Shown in pieces: positions 37,590-50,839 of a DNA stretch of 64,000 bases. The notes beneath the pieces are model-generated. The model saw nothing but the letters and a program-made list of their open reading frames with translations. It ran no database searches and was not told the DNA's origin. Both the position numbers and the translations under genes were made by a program. The stretch comes from Squalus acanthias (lineage: Eukaryota), in contig CM059432.1 of NCBI GenBank assembly GCA_030390025.1, positions 79,424,001 through 79,488,000 on the forward strand, written 5' to 3'. How positions within the stretch are numbered: the stretch's first letter is position 1; each line of letters opens with the position of its first letter.

Positions 37590-39724
37590 CTGAAATTCAG
37601 GAACAAAAAATATATTTATAACTTGTTTGTTACTTAGAGTTGGGAGCTCGCTAGGGTTTCATAGACAATGCATGTGTCTCTGCATTGCGGTTAACTGGGT
37701 TTTTGTCCATTCCCGTTGCAGCGAAACTGTTTCCTTTTGGAAATAACGCATACATTGGCGGTATACATGTAAAATGAGAATTCGGCGATTTGAAATGTTG
37801 AGTACTATTGAGTAAGAATTGTTTAGAATTATTGGGACAGTCTTCGTATTTTGCTTCAAGTGCTGTATACGAATTTTCATCCACATGTGAAACCACACAT
37901 GGTTCTACAGAGGAAACTTGATTCATTTAAAGACAGGTACGAACCTCCTATCTCTTCAACACCATCCACAACCCTACATTTTCTGAACGCTTTCATTTTT
38001 TGTTGAGATTGTTGTTTTCAGTTCTCGTGTAAACAATAAAGTTACAAATTCAGACCTGACCAGTTCGATATAATAAATGTACCACAAATAAACAACGGTA
38101 TTATGTACGACAGAGCTATTAGTGGTACCGTCGACAAAAATTATAACAGACACCAACCGTTTAGGAAGTTGAGTTTTACCTAAAGGAGCTGTATCATTTC
38201 CCGTCTTTTGAGTCATGTTTACAGTTTATTTTTCTTGTCTCCCTTGACAGATATGTGTTCATACCAGAAAGTCCTGAGCGACGAACCTTCATAATGGCAA
38301 TCTTTGTGTGATTTTCAGCTTCGATTTTTTTCAAAGTGACAAATGTTTGAAAACATAATTTTGTATAATATGTAATGCAAATAATTTCCTCCTTGAAAAT
38401 ACTGTAAAAGTTATATACTATGCAATTTAAACAATAGTTAATGTTTCATGTTGTACAGAACAAAATAGCGATATCTATACCATTACTGGATTCAAATTGA
38501 TTAAAATGCAAGAATCGGAGAGGATAGGTTAAAACATAACAATTAGCAGGATCAATTTCGACCGATAAAGTAAAAGGTTGCGACAAAATACTCCCCATAA
38601 TATTGGAATTATCATAATTTTGGATGATTTCAGGCAACGTTCATCTTCGTTAAGTTGACATTACTTCGTGTTTCGCGTTAACTATATATGGTTTTAGATT
38701 CACAATTTGAATTGGATTAAATGTATGATCGACAAGACAGGAATATTTTAAAGTTCTGTATATAAGCTCTTCTTCAAAAAGAAAAAAGAAATCATATATA
38801 TGAAGGAAAGTTTTGTTTTCACAAACGTTTTTTGTCTGGATTGGGGCTCCAAATACTTCGGTTTTAGTTTGGGTGTATCTTAAAGTCACGTGTAAAATGT
38901 TCGAATATTCTATAACTCTAAAAACATCAACACTTTTTTTTACAGGCAATTGCTACTTTCATTTCTAGATGTTGGAGCCTAGGGATATGTTCAAGGCGGC
39001 GTACAGTTTTGAGTTTATAGAGCAAAAAGTCAAAGTTCTAAACTTAAAGAGCGTCAAATCATTTTAGATGAAAAACTCACAGTTTATGTAATTTCTATAC
39101 TGTCCAACGACAGCACGCTTTGGAAACATTACCCTGGAAGTACTCAATGTGTAGAATATTTGTTGTAGGTTGTTAGCTATATGATTTTGGAAAGTCGAAA
39201 AGTGAAATGTGAACCTATTTTCAAAAAATATAATTCAACTGCGTACGAGAGTATGGGAAGAGATTTTTTTTCTACCTGTTTATCGATTAGCCATTGAAAG
39301 TCTAGCAGTTGTCCTTGTGTGTTCTGGATGGTTTCATACATTCGGAATCCTTAAATCTGCGAGCAATTGTTTTAGCCAAAGCGGCCTGATGAACCCTTTG
39401 CGTATTAGCACCCACGGCATGTTAGATTGATTTTGACAAAAATAGTTTATTTATATAGTTATGGAAGAAGAATTATTCAATATACCTCCCGTTTTAATTT
39501 ATACCATTTATTGAATGCACTATGCTTCGGGTGATTATTGAAAATGATCTGAATTTGAAGGCTGAAAGGATCAGTGCTTGAAAGAATTACTCTGATAACA
39601 GAAACATTTCACAAATGCAAATGATTCAAAGACATTACTAGATTAGGACGGGGACAAGTTATTTAAACTTGAAACAATTTTTAAATCTTGTTCACAATGA
39701 GGAGAGGTATTGCTGAGCTCTTAC

Positions 39725-40150
39725 TTTGACCGGGTGCAGATATCCATCCACTTTGAGGGAGTGCATTAACTCAGCAGATCTCCGACCTTCTCCCTCCTCC
39801 AGACTTTCTTCTAGGGTACGGGTCAGATGTGCAATGTAGGTGGTGGCCAGGATTAGGACGTCCAGTTTGGACAGTTTGGTGTCCGGAGGGACTGAGGGTA
39901 GAGTTTTTTGCAGCTCTAAGAAGGCATGCCGCAGGGTTTGCACTCTGCTACGCTCCCGGGCTGCGTTTGCTGCCGCAGGCCTGCCCCTAGTACGCGCCAC
40001 CTTCGAGCGAGAGCCCAGTTCCGAGTGTTTTCGCGTGGGACAGATCAAAGAGTTAGGATCCGGGCTGGGGCTGGAACTGGGGCTATCCTCGATCACGGCT
40101 TTTGGAACAGCAACGGAATCCATTGGACTTTTCTTAGGCTGAACCATTCC
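39725..40150 (-). CDS. TCF24: TCF24 bHLH exon
   Basis: [54 protein letters not shown]...GYLHPVK|gtaaga; acceptor ttccag at 40151; 426 nt, phase 0. Confidence 0.95.
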
Positions 40151-40740
40151 CTGGAACAAATACAACCGTCATGGGAAAGCGTCAAGCTGAAAACAAACAC
40201 AAATTCGATCTATTTATTTTAAAAGCGACTGTTTCAGTTTTTGAAACTGCGACACGCTAAAAGTATTTTAAGATATGGATTTCTTTATGATTCCCACTCA
40301 GGAAAAGTCAATCATCATCCTGGTATATAAATACCAAATTTAGTCAATGCCGCAAAGCATTTTATTATATTACATACTTTATTGTCGTAGAGAAAGTTAC
40401 ACAATGAAATAAGTTATACTTCAATATCCAGTTGCACAACCGCTGGTTAGTAATATACTATCCTTTGTGTAGTGCCATATTTTACACGGATGAACCAACC
40501 GGTTTCCAGCGACCTGTAAACGTTTTCAAAAATTAAGAAACGCCTCTGCCTTAAAATTGTGCTCTACATGGATAGCATTCGGTATTATAATACGGCAGCT
40601 GAATTATACCTTTCGCTTGTTACAGATCAAAGTGAAATAGGTTCACATACAGTTATAAATGTGGACATATATAGTGATCCTATATGCACACTGACACTGA
40701 CACGCGCGCGAGTGTGTTATATATGAGGCTTTGAAATTAC

Positions 40741-40773
40741 CTTTTTGCACCAATCGAACACCGAATACACCAT
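40741..40773 (-). CDS. TCF24: TCF24 putative first coding exon (MVYSVFDWCKK)
   Basis: ATG at 40773, AAG|gtaatt donor at 40740, in frame with exon 2 (189 aa total); translation could instead start at the exon-2 ATG (40147). Confidence 0.6.
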
Positions 40774-40882
40774 ATGTTGTATAGGGCTGGCTCAGATGCT
40801 ATGACAAGCTTTCCATGTCTAAGCGTGTTCTCCTTGCTGTTTAGAATTCAGGAATGGACCCGTTCTATCGCCTAAGATGAAC

Positions 40883-41035
40883 CTTTTATAAAGCAATGGT
40901 TGTAATGATTTCAGCTTCGAGCACTGCTGGCAGAGAGCGTTGAGTGCACACCTGAATGAGCCCCGCAGCCTCTGGAGCCACTCATTGACAGCACAAAGCG
41001 TTGACAGTCTCTGAGCTGAGGACCAATTAATCACT
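40883..41035 (-). promoter_or_regulatory. TCF24 proximal promoter: TATA box plus TALE/homeodomain-like motifs
   Basis: TATAAAAG on minus strand at 40890-40883, ~110 bp upstream of the ATG; two TTGACAG motifs (~40985, ~41001) and CAATTAAT (~41023). Confidence 0.55.
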
Positions 41036-43324
41036 GTGCAGCCACTACTCACTAACAAGTAATGGGACACCCATGCCAACCTTCTTAAAGAGGCCACATC
41101 CTATTTTATGACCAACGTGGATTGCATTTAAACAAGAAAGACAATACTTGAGTGTATATATGAAAGTTAATCACATCGTAACATCTTACGTAAGTTTTAA
41201 CAACGCTGTTAATAGCTGGCCTAAATTATATTTTACCAACCAAACTGAACTATTACAAATAGAAAAACGTTGAGAATTTCTAAAGTGTCTTTATCTGCAT
41301 AGTTCATCACAGAAATCGGAGTGCAAAGAGCAGGAAGTGCTTCATAAAACCATAAATTAATCACAGTGACTCTTCCAGAATGTTAATTGATGTCCTCTTT
41401 ATAAAAGCACAACAATTCTTTAAGTGTATGTTTATAATGTATTAATATTGGCTGCAATAAAGGTTATTGTTATAAGGATAATGTAAGAACTCTTTCGCAG
41501 ACAAAATCCTTTCTGATAATTAATATCAAATTATATTGCCAGAAGACACGAATTTTCATTCTGTGTTTTCTTTTGAGTGGTGAGTCAAATTAGTACTTCC
41601 CGTCTGAATGCCGACCAGTCAATTAAAGTTATAGATGGTTTCATTCCCAATCTATTTTGGTAAGTGTACATCGCCGAGATCGTGTAGTCCTTTTTGGACA
41701 GACAGCCGAGTGTGCTGTATTAATATAACAGCAGGCATTGCATTATACCTGGCTTGTTAGGTGGATTATTTGCTGGTTACGTATCTTTAAAAAAAATCCA
41801 TACCAGTGAAACTTTTAGTGATAAATTAATAAGTGAAGAAGATTCTTACGCTTTATCAAATAGATTGACAGATTACGCAGAGTAATAATTGTTTGCATGA
41901 AATCGCGAAAATCAAATGAACAAAATGTAAAGCGATTTTGCAACTTGACACAATAAAAATAAATAGATGGCAATGGTCCACCACAAGCAGAATTTTCAAA
42001 AAAAACTGATGAAATAACTTGTCACCTGGCAATAGCGCGCTTATCTTCCATATTATTTATTATATGCCCTTAAAACCGAAAAGAGGCGATTTACAGTGTC
42101 GGAGTAGCAATGCCTTTACCAATCGGTTTTGACTTATTTTTAACGTCATAGTTTTAAAAAGGTGAGTAAATTACAAATTAATTCTCCAACCTTTAAACGA
42201 ATTACCGTACCACTTTTGTTACATAGTGGAATGGAACAAATGCGGATCAAATATATTGCATTCTCGCCCGTGTTTTTTTTTTAACCAGCAATAAACTAGA
42301 ATACCATGAGGATATTGGCGTACCGCAGTTTATTTGGCAACAAAGCTTTGGGGACAGTTGGCGAAGCTGTGATCTAGCTCCTACCGCTCATGATAAGATG
42401 CATCAAGTAATATAATTAGATTCTTTGACAAAAAAATACCCGAGCATTTTCCATAATTATCTACATATTAATATTATGAACTCAAACTCCAAAACGAAAT
42501 AGGATTATCTCTCTGAAAACAATTATCTAGTACATTAGAGAAATTAACAAGGTTTTCTTAAAATGTTTTGACGCCAGATTGTCGAAAATACATAAAGTCG
42601 ATATTATTGTACCGGTAAATTCAAGTGATGTGACCTAAATAGCCACTTAAAAACACAACTCAATTTGTACTCAACAGATTGAAAAACGCTTAATGACGTT
42701 ATATTATGAAAACATTTCAAGACTTACCAAAGGATACCAAATACATTAGCCGTTGACTGTAAAATATAATGTTATACTTCCAGAGAGGCCTTAAAGCCTC
42801 CTGATTACTAGGTTGCATTTCTTGATTAAACACAGGGGATTTGTGGCAACAAAATTAAAGCAACCCACAAAAAAACAGATGCTTTAGAAAAATAGAACTT
42901 TGAACATTCATTGTCTATGCTATGATTAAAGTCGGTACTTAAATATTTATTTCAAGCAAAAAACTAGGAATTACAGACAACAGAATAAAATGAAAACACT
43001 TAAACATGCAACAAATTTTAACACTTTCTTCAGGAGTTTATGCTGAAAAACACGAATTCTTTCACTTTTCTCTGTCGGAGCTTATTTTTTGCTAACAAAG
43101 ATTAAACCGAATACCCTTTGCAGGAAAATTATGTATAATGTCTGTTCTGCTGCACAATATTTAATGCGAATATAGAGTAACAACTGCCATGTTCTATATA
43201 CCAATTCGCAGAAATTAGATGAGCATATAAATGTTAAGCATGCCAGCAAAGTAGTTGGCAAGAGAAGAAATATCTGTTTAAAACAAACTATGATTTACAA
43301 TTCAAAAACGGCTAGTTATCGTTC

Positions 43325-43421
43325 TGAAGAAAGGCCATCGACCTGAAACGTTAACTCTGTTTCTCTCTTCACAAATGCTGCTTGACTTGCTGAGTGTTTC
43401 GAGCATTTTCTGTTTTTATTT
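43325..43421 (+). mobile_element. ~100-bp stand-alone Penelope pLTR fragment carrying a hammerhead motif, 12-bp TSD
   Basis: GTT-CTGAAGA-AAGGCCATCGACCT-GAAACGTT-AAC followed by pLTR 3' sequence; TAGTTATCGTTC repeated at 43313-43324 and 43422-43433. Confidence 0.85.
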
Positions 43422-43720
43422 TAGTTATCGTTCATGATCACATTGTTTTAAAATATTTATTCAAATATTTCTGTTCGTAATTTCATTAAATGCTCAATTA
43501 AAATGAATGCTTTACTAGTTTAATGGAATGCATCGTCAAGAAAATAGTGACGCTGTTTCAGATAAACACATAAACAGATTCTATGAAAAAAATAAAGTTA
43601 ATATTTAACAGCTGACTGTTCGAGACAGAACCGAATGCTCTCTCAATTATTCCATACAGCATTTGGAAATGTGAAACATTTCACAAACTACAGGTTGGTG
43701 TTGTTGTTTATTATATGTAG

Positions 43721-44137
43721 TGTCAGCTGTGGCTCAGTTGGTAGCACACTCGCCTCTGAGTCATAATGGTTGTGGGTTCTAAGTCCCACTCCAGGGGACT
43801 TGAGCAGATAAATCTAGGCTGACACTCCAGTGCAGTGCTGAGGGAGTGCTGCACTGTCGGAGGTGCCGTCTTTTGGATGAGAGGTTAAACCGAAGCCCCG
43901 CCTACTCTCTCAAGTGGACGTAAAAGATCCCATGGCACTATTTCGAAGAAGAGTAGGGGAGTTAACTCCGGTGTTCTGGCCAATATTTATCCCTCAACCA
44001 ACATACAAAAACAGATTATCTGGTCATTATCACATTGCTGTTTGTGGGACCTTGCTGTGCAAATTGGCTCCTGTGTTTCCCACATTTGAGACGTCTGTGG
44101 TCGTGAAAGGCGCTATATAAATGCAAGTCTTTTTCTT
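43721..44137 (+). mobile_element. tRNA-derived Deu-domain SINE (SacSINE1-like) with L2-like tail
   Basis: A box TGGCTCAGTTGG, B-box-like GGTTCTAAGTCC, Deu-like 'ggacgtaaaagatcccatggcactatttcgaagaagag', tail 'gcgctatataaatgcaagtc'; TSD TTATATGTAG at 43711-43720 and 44138-44147. Confidence 0.88.
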
Positions 44138-47100
44138 TTATATGTAGGGAATAGAATCTCAACAATATTTATTTCATGCTTAATATTACATTTAATTCGA
44201 GGTGAAAACTCAGTTCCATAATTAATCTGTTCTATTAGTTAACTGGATGCAGCCCTTCTCCCTGTAACACTTCTTTTTCGCTTATCTATCTGTTAGAGTG
44301 CAAAAATCTTATCCAAATTTCTCTAAACCGATCTAATCTATATCAATGTAAAGCAGCATATGACTCCTGCCAAAAAAAATACAGAATTCGTTCTCTTAAA
44401 CCCACTACGTTTAACTCGTGACATTTATAATAACGACCAAACCTTAAACATATATAAACAGTAATGTTGTTCTTCCAAGACAAACTCTTCATTGCCTTTC
44501 AGTTGGGATTATCACAATAGAACATGAATTTTGTAAGGTTCCCTGTAGAAGATGGAAATTGACTTAATGTGCGAACAGAACGGTCAGCTTTTGTGAAAAA
44601 GCACTTCAGATAACGTTTTACATAATCGAACACTTTTAATAAATAATATACATCAAAACCTTTCAAGCATGTATCATCTCTACAAGTCATCAGAAATGGG
44701 CGTTAAGAAATGTAATAATGTCTACATACTACACGAATTTTCCTTTTTTTAAAAAAACCGACCTATATCATCCATGAGTCCAATATGCAAAGTCTAACCA
44801 GTCTGTCTAAAGAGACTGCAAACCTGAACATTTCAGATACTTTCTTTGGGTCGATGGAGTTCTGGGGGCGGGAGTAGGATCGCTAAACAATTGTGAAAAC
44901 TCATACAGAAAAGTTTAGAATTACCGGTGTTATGTATACATCTGTGTACTGTCCATTACAGTTTGGTTAAATCAACACTTTGTAAAACATTACATACCCA
45001 AATCGTTCAATGTGAACAATTGTAAACCGGCTGCATAAACAGAAATATAGAGCTTGCTAAAGTATATGGGTAAAATAATTAATTCAAAGCAACAGTTTAT
45101 TCTTGACTATAGACAGGTGGACATTTGGAAAAAAAACTGAACATATCATGTTACCACTTTTCAAGCTTCCTTTTGCAGTTAAAATGTAACGAACATTTTA
45201 AACAAATAAAGGGCACACAGACATACATATACCATACCACATCTGATGGCATAATCTCTGGAATATGCTTGATATTTCATTTTATACAGAAAAATAAAAA
45301 AGTAACATCAGCGTAACTAGTTCCAATGCTGTTTAGCATTAGTAATATTTACAACTAATTTATCGCATTCATATCAAATACCTAACTAGTGATATAAACA
45401 GAAATGAGGAGGAACTGTGAGATAGATCTATAACCCACTCCCGATACCGAATATAACTTACCGGTGATTTTGTTGATGGGTCATCAGTTCAGCCCACTTG
45501 TCATACAGTGCTTTTCATGATCCACCTTCTATAAATAACATGTTTATATTTGTTTTATATTCAAAATTACGAAAGCAGTTTATCATAAGTTTCTTAAAAT
45601 CAAGAACATGATTCATTTTACCGGGAAAATGTTAAAATGTTAAAGAGTTACGAATAAATAGCTTTGCTTTACTGCTGTGTATTTCACCTTTGATATAAGG
45701 AATATTAACTGTTTCCCTTTGCATTTATTTACAGCAGGGATTGTACAAAGAGGGCAACAAGTTTATGGATTTAAATGTTTAATTTGAGCGATATAATTTC
45801 CTTATAAAATGTTCCCTATATAGTCTAATTTGTTAAATGATTGTCTACATAATTGTAACAGCGCTTTAAAAAATAATTCACTGCATCGACTCCTTTGACA
45901 GTTTGGACAACGTGATAAGACACTAAATAAACGCAAGTATATCTATTTTTTTGCGTCGTAGTTCAGTACAACGGTGCCAAAATAGTCTCGACTACTGTCA
46001 CAACCGTTTATTTTTCTTAAGCGCAGTCAATACTGAAATGCGTGGTATAGTATTGATCAATTTATTTCAAAGAATCGAAGATATAAAAGATTGCCCGCAT
46101 GTCGTTAATAGCGGAGAGAAAAGGGTTGTAGTAATTTTCCACTATAAATTTCTGCACTTGTTTTTTTCCATTTATAGGATTATGAGGTTTTATGTTTCAG
46201 ATGCTGTAACGTTCAGTTTTCATACATATAGAACTAAAACATATTTAAAAAGAGAAACTGAAGCAAAGGTGCAGCAATCAGGTGAATCTGAAAATAACAC
46301 TGACTGTTACAGCAGTACAGCTCGGTGTTCAGCCAAGTTAGTCTGAGCACTGCACAAGTGTTCATTCTCCTTGCGTCAAAGTATCGCTATCAATTACTTT
46401 GCTTTATCATCATGCAAGGACCTCAATTAAACACATAACAAGAATTCTATTGTGGCAGAGTAAATCATCACACTTTAATATTATCGAACACAGGAGACTG
46501 AAGTAGAACCATGTTTGACTTTTTGATTACAAAGATAAAATTCAAAATACACACCGTGCAGCTCTTTGCAAATAAAACATTTAGTATACGTCACAATGTA
46601 TTCACATATGAATTTACTCAACTTTAATATTAAACGTTTTTTTTAATTTCAAAGACAAAGTACTTCAATAGCACAAAAGTTATGGAAATAAAATAGAGTA
46701 AAACATTCATATGCTCTCAAAATAAAACCAAATATGACTAATGTGTTTCCAATATTTTCCAATGTCAGTAAACAGTGATGATGTTGTTTGGGTCTTCGCT
46801 CTCTCAGTTCGCAGTCTCAGTGATGTTGGAACTAAGGTTGAGAAATATTCTGTACTGACAGAGAGGTGGCAGCTTTCCTTAAACCGTGTTTCTGTGGTGA
46901 AAAAAATAGGCAATTTTCAACGCACTTTTAAAATAATGAACAATAAACTAAAGTAACAAACACCATTTTGATACGCCTGTTTTTTGTGATGACATTTAGG
47001 AATGCCTATCCGTTATTAGCCTCCTAAATTTAAAACCAGTCTTCTTCTTCTGTATGGTAGTAGCAAAGCAAATCAAATGTCAATATCCAAGTCAGATATC

Positions 47101-48088
47101 CAGGCTAAAGCTTCCCCTGTAACAGCCTGGATATCTTGCAGGCTGCCTGCGAATTTCCTCGGAGGGCAGTGCTCAATGATGTGCTCCAGGGGTCTGATCA
47201 GGAGCTCCATAGTCGCATGATGGGGATGCTTTAATCTTCCATCTATTACCAGACAGTAATTTGCTGACAACCCCACTACGAAAATTGGGTTCAATAAAGA
47301 GAGATCTGTCGAGTATGTAAAGACAATACTAACACAACTTTAAACCTAAATTTGACTTGCTGTGCACAAAAATACACTAAGGTTGCAGTTATGGAGTCAC
47401 AAACCAGCTCAGACTAGTAACTACAGTATCTGTTCACAGTGAGCTGTACCTTATAACATTGAGCTACCATTTTAAATGTCGGATCAAGTGGAGATCTCTG
47501 CACTTGTGTACAAGCATGGAAACTAAGTAAAAAGAACATAGCTGTGCTAAAGTTGCAGTATAAACACACCTTAAACTTCTGTTTTTCATTAGAAAATGTA
47601 CTGTTATAGAATACAATGGACACGAGCCAAAGAAGGAGACATTAGGATAGGGGACCAAAGGCTTGGTCAGAGGTACATTTTAAGAAGCGTCTCAAAGGAG
47701 AAGAGAGGTATGGTGCGGCTTAGGCTGGGAATTCCAGAGCTTAGGGCTTAGATAGCTGAAAGCATGGCCACCAATGGTGGAGCAAATGAAGTGGAGGATG
47801 CACAAGAGGCCAGAGTTGGAAAAACACAGAGGTCCCGGAGGGTTGTAGGGATGCAGAAAGGAAGAGATAGGAAGGGGCAGGGGCATGGAGGGATTTGAAC
47901 ATGAGTATGGGAATTTTAAAATCAAGGCGTTGGTGGACACCAATGTAGGTCAGCAAAACCAGATGGAGCAATTAAAATGGAGTGAGAGATTTATCCACTC
48001 CCTTCCTGCCCCGATCTGGGCGACTGCAATTTTAAATTGCAGGCAGAAAGGACATCTGCCCCAGGTCAGCAGGATCTCTTTAAATATG

Positions 48089-49330
48089 CAGGAGAGGGTT
48101 GATGAAGATAGTGCGGTTGATGTTGTGTATATGGACTTCCAAAAGGTGTTTGATAAAGTACCACATAATGCACTTGTTAGCAACATTAAAGCCCATGGGA
48201 TTAAAGGGACAGTGGCAGCATGGATACAAAATTGGCTAGGGGACAGAAAGCAGAGAGTCGTGGTGAATGGTTGTTTTTCAGACTGGAGGGAAGTATACAG
48301 TGGTGTTCCCCAAGGGTTGGTATTAGGACCACTGCTCTTTTTGATATACATTAATGAACTGGACTTGGGTATACAGGACATAATTTCAAAGTTTTCAGAT
48401 GATACGAAACTCGTAAATGTAGTAAACAATGAGGCTGATAGTAACAGACTTCAGGAGGACATAGACAGACTGGTGAAATGGGCAGACACATGGCAGATGA
48501 AATTTAATGCAGAGAAGTGTGAAGTGATACATTTTGGTAGGAAGACTGAGAGGCAATATGAACTAAATGGTACAATTTTAAAGGGGGTGCAGGAACAGAG
48601 GGACCTGGGAGTGTATGAACGCAAATCTTTAAGGGTGGCAGGACAAGTTGAGTAGGCTTTTAAAAAAGCATATGGAAATCTTGGCTTTATTAAATGAGGA
48701 ATAGAGTACAAAAGCAAGGAAGTTATGATAAACCTTTATAAAACACTGGTTAGGCCTCAGCTGGAGTATTGTGTTCAATTCTGGGCACCACACTTTAGAA
48801 AGGATGTCAAGGTCTTGGACAGGGTGCAGAAGAGATTTATAAGAATGATACCAGGGATGATGGAAAAGGAAATTCTGTTTGACAAACCTATTGGAGTTCT
48901 TTGAGGATGTAACTAGTGGAGTAGACAAAGGGGATGTGGTGTATCTGGATTTTCAGAAGGCCTTCGATAAGGTCCCACACAAGAGGTTGGTGAACAAAAT
49001 TAGGGCACATGGAATTGGGGATAATATACTAGCATGGATTGAGAATTGGTTAACAGACAGAAAACAAAGAGTAGGGATAAACGGGTCTTTTTCAGGATGG
49101 CAGGCTGTGACTAGTGGGGTACCGCAAGGATCGGTGCTTGGGCCCCAGCTATTCACAATCTATATCAATGATTTGGATGAGGGGACTAAATGTAACATTT
49201 CCAAATTTGCTGATGATGCAAAGCTAGGTGGCAGGGTCATAACAACATAAGAAATAGGAGCAGGAGTAGGCCAATTGGCCCCTCGAGCCTGCTCCGCCAT
49301 TCAATAAGATCATGGCTGATCTGATCCTAA
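48089..49330 (+). mobile_element. Two adjoining CR1 RT fragments (48089-48860, 48860-49236) plus an inverted CR1/SINE-type 3' tail (49237-49330)
   Basis: DFQKVFDKVPH/GVPQG/FSDDTKL, then a second [28 protein letters not shown]; 'aacataagaaataggagcagg' tail on the opposite strand. Confidence 0.88.
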
Positions 49331-49466
49331 CCGCCAATCTACTATCACAACCGTTTTGGCGTGGAGGCGGGTTGACAGCGGGTTCCCTACCCGTTGTCAA
49401 TCTTTGCTATTTTGACAGCTGACCCACCTCCAAACCCGCCCTATGAGCACCGGCAAAATTCAGCCC
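49330..49466 (-). mobile_element. Harbinger terminal fragment
   Basis: Reverse complement aligns by eye to 28494-28600 (GGGCGGGTTTGGAGG.GGGTCAG...TCAACCCGCCTCCAC). Confidence 0.75.
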
Positions 49467-50839
49467 TTAGTAGCAGACTTTTGGATGAGCTGAAGTTAAC
49501 AGTGTAGAAGATGGGAGGCTGGCCATTACAGCATTGGAATAGTTGAATCCAGAGGTGACAAGGGCATGAATGAGGTTTTCAGCAGCAGGTGGGCTGAGGC
49601 AGAGGCAAGAGATGTTATAGAGGTGGAAGTAGGTCGTCTTTGTGATGGACAGTATATAGAGGCGGAAGCGCACCTTGGGGTCATATAGGATGCCGAGGTT
49701 GAAACAGTCTGGTTCAATCTGACACAGTGGGGAGAGAGATGAAATCAATGGCAAATGTACGGAATTTAGGGCAAGAGCCAAAGATGATGGCTTCAGTCTT
49801 CCTGATGTTTAACTGGATGAAATTACAGCTCATCCAGGACAGGATGTCAAATAAGCAGTTTGACATCACAGAGGGGTAGAGAAAGGTGATGGAGACACAG
49901 AGCTGAATGTTGTCAGCATACATGTGAAAGCTAACCCTATGACTTCGGATGATGTTGCCAAGTATGTAGATGATTTGGGAGCCGAGGATAGATCCCAGGG
50001 AGTCTTCAGAAGTAACAGTATGGGGGCAGAAAGAGAAGCCATTGCTGGAGATGCTGTGACTACGATTGGATAGGTAAGAATGGAACCAGGCAAGGACAGT
50101 CCCACAGAGCTGGACAACGGAAGAGAGGTGTTGGAGGAGGATGGTGTGATTGGATCATAGCAATGGCTGTAGAAAGGACGAGGAGGGAAAATGCACCATG
50201 GTCACAATCACAGAATATGTCATTTGTGACTTTGTTTAGGGCCTTTTCAATGCTGTGGCAGGGGCAGAAACTTGATTGGAGAAATTTAAATATGGAGTTG
50301 TGGAAACATGGGCACAGATTTGGGAGGCGACATATTCAAGGACTTAACTGGAAGAGGAGATTGGAAATGGGTTTGCAAGGACAGAGGGGTTGAGGGTGGG
50401 TTTTTTGAGGATGGGGCTGATGACAGGTTTTTTGAAGGAGAGGGGGACAGTACCTGAGGAGAAGAAACCATTTACAATGTTAGCTAGGATGGGGGTCAGG
50501 AAGGAAATTTGGATGGTTAGTGGGAATGTCAGCCTTGACACAGTGATAGTACTCTCACCTCTGTGTCAGAAGACTGCAGGTGGGAGATGGGGAATTCCAG
50601 TGGGTAACACCAACTGCTAACTTGCCTCTTCTACCCATTTTACTTTGGATCTCTGCCCCAGGCCCCCAGCAATGCAGGGCCTTTGAATCTTGCAGGAGTT
50701 TTTATACTACTGGGAGTTCAGGCGAACACTAACTAAAGAGGTGAGATCAGAAGAAGCTTGAAGAAAAATATGTGTATGAATTTACATAAATTTTCTTAGA
50801 CATTACATAGAATATTATAGACCAGCAGGTAAGGGAATT

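Larger units (their letters stand above)
47610..50520 (-). mobile_element. L2 LINE (47610-47960 and 49467-50520) interrupted by nested insertions
   Basis: GGHAFSYLSPKLWNS, HQRLDFKI, MYADNIQL, WMSCNFIQLNIRKTEAIIFG, LIHALVTS.FNYSNA, PILKKPTL motifs across frames. Confidence 0.85.

Noticed and set aside
35713..39430. Short ORFs in TCF24 intron 2 and 3' region (also 45951-46956)
   Set aside because: No motifs, many with non-ATG starts, lengths consistent with chance.
39692..40165. Single-exon ORF as listed, or TCF23/TCF21 identity
   Set aside because: ORF ends are intronic (splice sites at 40151 and 39724); [19 protein letters not shown] and KWPMRSRLYIGATGQFL match TCF24 as I recall it.
43721..43795. 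tRNA gene (also 27300-27377)
   Set aside because: tRNA-derived SINE heads continuing into SINE bodies with TSDs.
45462..45528. Possible upstream minus-strand exon (strong G|GTAAGT donor)
   Set aside because: Poor polypyrimidine tract and no recognisable coding similarity; unsupported without RNA data.
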